Source of the DNA: Sporopachydermia quercuum
Lineage: Eukaryota
Reading direction: 5' to 3'
DNA length: 64,000 bases
Assembly (NCBI GenBank): GCA_001599295.1
Contig: BCGN01000004.1
Coordinates: 810,138-874,137 of the forward strand
The position numbers were made by a program, and so were the translations under genes. Positions 57,281 through 64,000 of the stretch are shown here, in pieces; the first letter of the stretch is position 1, and each line of letters begins with the position of its first letter. The notes below the pieces were generated by a model. The model did no database searches and was not told the DNA's origin. It saw only the letters and a list, made by a program, of their open reading frames with translations.

Positions 57281-58036
57281 ATGGTTGAAAGTACAATTGG
57301 TAGCGTTCCAGCTCAAAGACCACAAGAGATCAATGAAGTTCTCAATACATTAAAAAGATACAATCAGGACATGATTGTTGACTTGGAAGAATATGTGACC
57401 AGTCAATGTCAAGAGAACTTCACAGATGTTGAAGCCAACTTAGCACTATTGAAATTATATGAACTAAGTCCTATTAATCCTGATGCTGATGTGAGTCTAA
57501 TTCAAGAGCGAGAAAATTCTATTATTAATGTTTTGGCTAAAGGTTTACTCAACTTTATCGGAACTGAATTGAGCTTGTATTTACATTTATTACCATCATA
57601 CACTATAACGGTTGAACCTGCCGTGGATTCTCTCAGTGAATCTGTGCAGGCTTTATTAGAGCTCTATGAATGCTTAGATGCTGGAAATTTTGTTAAGTTC
57701 TGGGAAACTTACAACGGTGGATATGAAAAGATATACTCTGATATGTTCGCCGACGTGGCGAATTTCGAAACATTAATAAGAATTGCAATCTTGAACACAA
57801 TTGCTATTGTTTTCAATGAAGTCACTTTAGACATAGTCGCTAAATATGTTGATTTACCGTCTGAAAAAACAGCAGATTTTATCAAAGAAAACAATTCTAG
57901 TTTGAAGAACGTGAGCGTGGATAACAATGCAGTTATCATCAGTGGAACAGAAAAGTTGACTGTTAAGCCAAATAATAATAACGAAAAGGTCAAATTCGAT
58001 CAATTAAGTGCCATTCTTAAGAAAGTATTTGAATAG
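57281..58036 (+). CDS. Translation initiation factor eIF3 subunit k (PCI domain)
   Basis: RPQEI..VL..LKRYN....LEEYV..QC.....DVEANLALLKLYE, GNFVKFW and FETLIR..I match the eIF3k pattern as I recall it. Confidence 0.8.
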   Translation: MVESTIGSVPAQRPQEINEVLNTLKRYNQDMIVDLEEYVTSQCQENFTDVEANLALLKLYELSPINPDADVSLIQERENSIINVLAKGLLNFIGTELSLYLHLLPSYTITVEPAVDSLSESVQALLELYECLDAGNFVKFWETYNGGYEKIYSDMFADVANFETLIRIAILNTIAIVFNEVTLDIVAKYVDLPSEKTADFIKENNSSLKNVSVDNNAVIISGTEKLTVKPNNNNEKVKFDQLSAILKKVFE

Positions 58037-58498
58037 GCGGAAATGAATGATTAATTATGTTCAAATAGACAACTAAAGCTACAATAAGACAGTAAAAATG
58101 CTACTTTAGTAAGAGCGTTATTTGAACCGTTATTGTAGATATTGTAAAGCTAACATTATATCTAAATATTCGCNACTAATTGTCTAGAGTTACTCTCTAC
58201 TATTAAATAGATTAAATACACCAAATAGTAATGAATCACAAATTCGTCTGTTCTCATATATATAATTAATAAAGAGATGAAGTAAAGCGAAAGAGTATTA
58301 TAGCCAAAATAAATAGGACATACCGACGATAAAATAACAAGCGCCATAGGTAAAACACAGAGTCCCAGTAATAATACAACCTTTGGTCAATTAGGTATTC
58401 CAATCCCTCAACTCCTGCAAGAATAATAAAAGTATTCATCTAATACCGTACAAACAATAAAAAAAAATTTGAAGAACAAACGAGGATGCAGCAATCGC

Positions 58499-59263
58499 CT
58501 AACCAAGATTCAATAATTTCTTCAAATCTTGAGCAATCATGTCGTTAGTTTTCTTACCTTCAGTCAATTGATAAGGTGACCTACTGTTTTCCTGATTTTT
58601 CAAATCATTTGGTTGCTCATATTGATTCTCATTACTTTTTCCAATGTGTAACAACTCTTTCAATTCGTTCTTTATTGTCGAATTACTACCAGGCTTTGAT
58701 CTTTCTAAATTCGCGGTGGAAGAACTCTCATCGTTCAAATAGAAAATCTTTTTCTCAGGTGTTGAGTTACTGGAAGATTGTCTCATTGACTGAGGTTTGG
58801 GAAGTTGCTTAGGTGCTGGTGAAGAATAGAACGATGATCCAGCATAAGATAATGATGTTGTTGAAGATGAGGGAAACACAGATGCAGAAGAATAATTATG
58901 AGGTAAATTTGAAGCACTGCTTCCATTATTGGCACCTACACCAGGAATTTCCGGATATCTAGCTGCTTGCAAGCTATTTTGAACTCTAGGTTGAGAACCA
59001 ACAGAGGATGATGATGATGATGAGCCTCTCTGATTAGGATTTGGTCTATTAGACTTTTTTGAAGGTTTCTTTCCATTTAAGGATTGTGCCGATTGATTGG
59101 ATTGTTTTTGAAGGTTGATATTGCTGTTTGAATGTGTTCTTAGCTTGTTTGACGGGTTAAAAGACCCCGACTGCTTACGAGCTGTATGGGATCCTTTGTC
59201 ATTCGTTCCATTTGAGCTTTTAGCTGATTTGCCCTGATTGGGCTTCTTATTTGATTGTTCCAT
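58499..59263 (-). CDS. Disordered Edc1/Edc2/PNRC-like mRNA decapping activator
   Basis: YAGSSFYSSPAPKQLPKP motif plus two helical leucine motifs, LKELLHIG and LKKLLNLG. Confidence 0.65.
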   Translation of the reverse strand: MEQSNKKPNQGKSAKSSNGTNDKGSHTARKQSGSFNPSNKLRTHSNSNINLQKQSNQSAQSLNGKKPSKKSNRPNPNQRGSSSSSSSVGSQPRVQNSLQAARYPEIPGVGANNGSSASNLPHNYSSASVFPSSSTTSLSYAGSSFYSSPAPKQLPKPQSMRQSSSNSTPEKKIFYLNDESSSTANLERSKPGSNSTIKNELKELLHIGKSNENQYEQPNDLKNQENSRSPYQLTEGKKTNDMIAQDLKKLLNLG

Positions 59264-60401
59264 GCGTGAAAGCTATCTGAGGTATTAGTTCTCTTCTTGA
59301 TAGTAGCATTTCCTGTAAGTGATTCCTTAATAGATGAATCGAACTCTCTGTTCTTCTCTGAAAGGTGGGGAAAGATAGAATGAAATTAAAATACAAGTTT
59401 ACACCTTTCTTCCAAATTTCCAAACCGGCTCTATCGAAACACCAGAACAAAAAGATGATGAAGAATAAAAAATTGATCGACTTTACTTTTTTAATTCTTA
59501 CTTTTTTGCCATTCAGCGCTAAACTAAGCTATTTAGACGAGCTTCCAGGTTGGTTAGTAGACCTGTGGATGAAATGGAATGTTCTTTNATACTAATACCA
59601 ATGTTGTTCTCTTTCTTTATATTTTCTCTTGATACACTTTTCTATGCTGTCACTTGATTTCATACAGATAGAAAAATAAATAGTCCTTCTGACGTACGAT
59701 CAAAATCGGTTATCAACGGACTAATTAATTAAATTTTGTAGTACTTCGTTGGCAATACTAGATGTCATGTCTCTATCTCTTTCTTATCACTACAGAAAAG
59801 AAGGTACTGGATGGGTAACTAACTGATTAAATAAGGAGTTCAAGTTCTAAACGGCAAAGTTTGTTCCTGTGAATGACGGGACAGGACATGCATAGAGCTG
59901 CGCACATGACGAGCAAACAGAACAGAACAAAGCCTACCCGGCACNAGCTAGGACACAGTAATGTCATGGCATTTATGAATAAAACCAGATGTGACAATTG
60001 ATAAATGATTACGTCATAATAAAGCTGTCAAGTCTCAATTTCGCCTCGGCTTGATGCTCGAAAATTGTAAAGCATGGGAAAGGAAGTAAAGCTGATATCA
60101 TAGATAAACCTTCAGCCAGCAAGCCGTGAAGGATTCTACGAAAAATTTAATAAATTTACCATGAAATTATTATTATTAAATTTGGAATTGAAATGTAAAA
60201 CGAGTGTTTTATTTTGAACAATATCTGGTCTAGGAAGTTAAGGAAAGGTAGAATGAATATTGGTAGATATCATCAGGCTTGTGCTAGTTGGTAAATATCT
60301 GTTCGTATCACATAAGCTTACTTGAGAACAAACTGTTGAGGTTTGAAGCTGCAGCGAATTGGTCAACCGGAAGTCAAATTATAATATCTTTGTTTGCAAC
60401 A

Positions 60402-61739
60402 ATGGACTACTATTCTTCTTTGAATGCCAATACGTTGGATTTGAACATCCCAACCCTATTTGAACTGATATCAGCTGAACAATTGAACAGCCTTTTGTCA
60501 CCATCAATCAGATTCATCGTTGTTCACTATGCTCAAAGAAACCCACGGTATTTACTAAAACTGGTCAATAAGTTTGATGAAATTTACGTTCTATTATTCG
60601 GCCTAGTGGAATATTATCATCTGAAGAAATTCAATGCTACATTCACTGAAAAGTTTTATGGTTTGAAAAGATCAAGTCAACTTTCAGTTGAAAGTCATAG
60701 AAGAGTCAGTTCTAATCCAGCTACTGATAACATTTTAAACCAAGAATCAAAACTCTCATACAAGAAGCAAGTGTTGGGATCCCTATTGACAACCTGTGCC
60801 CTACCTTATATTAATGAAAAGCTGTCCACTTATTACGATATTATTCATTCTAAGAGTCTAGTTGTACCTATTGAGAGATCAACTGCAATAACACTGGATG
60901 ATGAGAATGCTAGTAAAACTGAGAAAATAAGGGCTAGATTGAGGATTCTGTTTTATAGAGTTTTTCCAACGATTAAAGCATTATTATCTTGGACAAATCT
61001 TTTACTACAAATATTATATTTATTCAATAAGACCTCTTTCCATTCTTTAGAGTATGGTATTTTGAATATTCGACCAACGAGAATAATACAAGAAGTCAAC
61101 TCAAATGAAGATGAAAATGAAGGAAAGAGAAAAGTCAGAGAAACATTTGCAAANTTGTTATCTCTACCTGTTCATCAATATATGAACCGTCCTCAATCGC
61201 CTATTGAAACATTCAAGTACTTTTTACTGGATCGTGTCATTCTTCCTGTACATACAGGCTCATTGTCAGTGCTATCATATATTTTCCCTGCCGCAATCTT
61301 CTCACTCAAATTCCTAGAATGGTGGTATTCTTCGGAGTTTTCTTCAACACTGAGTAAAAATGCCAGAAACACTCTTGATACAGTGTTACCTGTTCCTCCA
61401 GTGGTCAAGTCAGAAGAGACGGTGGAACATAATAACTTGGAGACAGATAGAGTTAATGAATCGGTTGATTCTACCGATTCTGACAATTCCAAATCCCAAC
61501 AATCAAAGTGTCATAAAACCATATCCAGCGATATTTGCAGGATATGTGCTAATGAAATAACAAACCCAGCTATAATAGAAACAGGATACGTATTCTGCTA
61601 TCCTTGCATTCATAATTTTCTCACTGAAGGTAAATCTTCTGGAAGATGTCCTGTTACTGGTCAAAGATTATTAGGATGTAAATATAATGAGTTAAAACAA
61701 TCATGGGAAGTTTCAGGGCTAAGACGTTTAATGGTATAA
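60402..61739 (+). CDS. PEX12: Peroxisomal RING peroxin Pex12
   Basis: MDYYSSL..PTLFELIS, TFTEKFYGLKR, LKFLEWWY, and RING CRIC...ETGYVFCYPCI..GRCPVTG. ATG at 60402. Confidence 0.92.
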   Translation: MDYYSSLNANTLDLNIPTLFELISAEQLNSLLSPSIRFIVVHYAQRNPRYLLKLVNKFDEIYVLLFGLVEYYHLKKFNATFTEKFYGLKRSSQLSVESHRRVSSNPATDNILNQESKLSYKKQVLGSLLTTCALPYINEKLSTYYDIIHSKSLVVPIERSTAITLDDENASKTEKIRARLRILFYRVFPTIKALLSWTNLLLQILYLFNKTSFHSLEYGILNIRPTRIIQEVNSNEDENEGKRKVRETFAXLLSLPVHQYMNRPQSPIETFKYFLLDRVILPVHTGSLSVLSYIFPAAIFSLKFLEWWYSSEFSSTLSKNARNTLDTVLPVPPVVKSEETVEHNNLETDRVNESVDSTDSDNSKSQQSKCHKTISSDICRICANEITNPAIIETGYVFCYPCIHNFLTEGKSSGRCPVTGQRLLGCKYNELKQSWEVSGLRRLMV

Positions 61740-61996
61740 TTAGAAAGAAATTCCACACATACTGAATATAGCAATAAAAGCATTAATTAGTTTTTGTATG
61801 TGTAAACCTGATGTGAGCTAATATAGAATGTGGAACATCATTAATGGATATATTTGTATTTATAATGACTTTATATTATATATACTTGATCTAAAACTAA
61901 AGTTGTGAAGAAAGTCAACTCCATATGCAAAAGAACAAAAAAAGAGCACGCCGTAATTTCATCGGAAGGAATAATTGGTTGCACCAGAAACATAAT

Positions 61997-63775
61997 TTAA
62001 GCAGTAATTCTTTCATCTGAATTTCTAGCTTTTGCTTCATCGATTACTCTTTGCCAGTTTACAGAAAATAGATAAATAGTTTGAGAAATTCCAACGATCA
62101 TTAATGCAATACCCATGCCAAACCATAAACCAGCTAATCCCCAGTTTAGATGGAACGCTGCAAAGAACGCTACTGGAAGTCCAATAACATAATATGTGAT
62201 TAGATTAACAACTCCTCCAAATCTTTGAGCTCCAATACCTCTTAAACACCCACCAGATACTGCTGCAAGAGTATCAAACATTTGGATACAAGCAATAAGC
62301 GGGAAAACACCAGAAACCAAGGATATAACACCGTCATCATTTGAAAACAATTTTGCAATTCCATTACGACAAGTAATAAAAACAACAGAATTAACAAATG
62401 CCACTAACATTGATGAGGCAAGAGTTATCTTCATAGCCAGCTTAGCAGGGTCTTCCAAAGTTGCTCCTACAAAATTTGCAATTCTCGTTGAACCAGCGAT
62501 GGAAAGTGCAAATGGCATTTGGTACGCTAAGGACGCCGTCGTCGATATAACACTTTGAGCTGCTAAGACAGTAGTTCCAAATTTAGATGAAGCTAAGGTC
62601 ATGATTTCAAACGCTAAAAATTCCGCCATCACNGTAACTACACCAGGAATAGCCAACTTCAAAAGTGGTCCCCAATGGGAAAAACTGCTTTCAATTTGCA
62701 GCCCATTCCAACATTTCCGGCCATCTACGAAAACCACATAGACCCATAGAAGTATTGCCATTAACCAATAACTAAAGGTCAATGCTAAAGGAGCACCGGC
62801 AAATCCAAGACCAAAAGATGTGTTCCAGACAAGTGTCAAACTGAGTATTATATTTACGGGAGCACATAGTAGAAGAATATAAGTACCAGCATGAAAAATC
62901 CCCTGTGCTTGAACAAATCTTTTTCCAGTTTCAAAGAAAATATAACCTGGCCCTCCAAAGACTATTACTCTTAAATACTGAGTTGCTAAAGTTACAAGAT
63001 ACTCATCAGTGATTATCAAGGATAGTATTGGTGCAGCGTTCCACCATATGATACAAACCGGTACATATGCAGTTAGAATTAGCGCTGAACCTCTTTGGAA
63101 ATACATTCCTACAGAATGGGGTTTGTTAGCACCATATGCTTGAGAGCAAAGGGTATCTAGTGCTGTAGCCATACCTTGGATCATTGAAAAACCGGTGATA
63201 TTCGCAGTCATTGTTGCTAGAGATACAGCAGCTAATTCTGTCTTGCCTAAATGACCCACAGCAAAAACTGATGTTACTGACATCGAGTACTGTAATAGGA
63301 AAGTGAGGATTAATGGGAGCGAGGATTTGGCTAGCGTGTATAATTCCCGACTAGAAGAAGAATGTATCTTCCCTTCGGCAATTGCTGTTTCCCAAACATC
63401 AGAAGTTGCAGAAACCTCATTTGCTAGCTCCACAATTGAGATTTTCCTATGTGCCGCTTGATCTGGTGATAACATTCTAGAAACGATCCCGTTGTCTAGA
63501 AGGAGTTCTTCTTGTTCATGCAACAGCTCTTCTGCATCTTCTGCTGGTACGATGTGATATGAACCTGGTGTTCGATTGACATTAGGTGAGAGTAATGGCG
63601 CTCCTTCTCCTAATTCCGACGATGACGGTGATTTGGTAAATATATCAGGTAAAACAAGTCCAGCTCTTCCTACCGAACCAATCACGACAGATCCTCTTCT
63701 AGTAGTTGATTTGAATCCCTTCGCATTTGGAACATCAAACGTCCCGGCAGCTTGGTCTTGAGAAGAATTAGTCAT
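61997..63775 (-). CDS. ERC1: MATE-family transporter (Erc1-like)
   Basis: GHLGKTELAAVSLA, ALDTLCSQAYGA, STRIANFVGA, GCLRGIG, and ~12 TM segments. Confidence 0.85.
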   Translation of the reverse strand: MTNSSQDQAAGTFDVPNAKGFKSTTRRGSVVIGSVGRAGLVLPDIFTKSPSSSELGEGAPLLSPNVNRTPGSYHIVPAEDAEELLHEQEELLLDNGIVSRMLSPDQAAHRKISIVELANEVSATSDVWETAIAEGKIHSSSSRELYTLAKSSLPLILTFLLQYSMSVTSVFAVGHLGKTELAAVSLATMTANITGFSMIQGMATALDTLCSQAYGANKPHSVGMYFQRGSALILTAYVPVCIIWWNAAPILSLIITDEYLVTLATQYLRVIVFGGPGYIFFETGKRFVQAQGIFHAGTYILLLCAPVNIILSLTLVWNTSFGLGFAGAPLALTFSYWLMAILLWVYVVFVDGRKCWNGLQIESSFSHWGPLLKLAIPGVVXVMAEFLAFEIMTLASSKFGTTVLAAQSVISTTASLAYQMPFALSIAGSTRIANFVGATLEDPAKLAMKITLASSMLVAFVNSVVFITCRNGIAKLFSNDDGVISLVSGVFPLIACIQMFDTLAAVSGGCLRGIGAQRFGGVVNLITYYVIGLPVAFFAAFHLNWGLAGLWFGMGIALMIVGISQTIYLFSVNWQRVIDEAKARNSDERITA

Positions 63776-64000
63776 TCTAAGTCTTCACTTAAGTTTATGC
63801 TCTGAATGTTCGCACGAGCCTATAGAAAACACTCCAATCCGATTTAACAAGTGAATTTCTACCAAAAATATTAATTAGTTCAATTGTTGATGTTCGTGAG
63901 CTGGTGTTATTTACTTTCCTTGAGAATGATAAGGAAAAAATGGTAACCCAGAGAATAAGATAAGGTTTCAGGTAGGTGAAAAAAAGGTTTTGATTAAGGT

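Noticed and set aside
1..64000. Transposons, LTRs, tRNA genes, CRISPR arrays or horizontally acquired clusters
   Set aside because: No transposase, gag-pol, terminal repeats, cloverleaf or repeat-spacer structure was seen by eye; composition is uniform and the genes are typical of fungi. Scattered single n bases are assembly ambiguities.

Overview
AT-rich nuclear DNA from a budding yeast (Saccharomycotina), probably an early-diverging lineage. The evidence is standard CUG=Leu decoding, many introns with degenerate splice signals, a dispersed 5S rRNA gene, and retained eIF3k, dynactin p25 and kinesin-3. I find 26 apparently intact protein genes: CBK1, RPL42, PPT1, APM1, NOP16, PMI40, dynactin p25-like, NTF2, AIM21-like, GAS5-like, YCH1-like, ERV25, RAD33-like, kinesin-3, PUS1, NIP7, SRP72, MRH4, IPL1, TMA23, SNF2, YPK9, eIF3k, an Edc1/PNRC-like gene, PEX12 and a MATE transporter. 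There is also a ~4.1 kb pseudogene with a DUF2458-like C-terminus and one 5S rRNA gene. Sixteen introns in 8 genes were reconstructed by hand; NTF2 (6 exons) is absent from the ORF track and p25 appears only as its last exon. Highlights are RPL42 with the Q56 cycloheximide-resistance residue and a Tbf1-type promoter palindrome, the heavily disabled pseudogene among intact neighbours, and several gene blocks matching S. cerevisiae order. I see no mobile element or CRISPR array and no convincingly novel multi-gene system. All identities come from recalled motifs and families, not from database searches.
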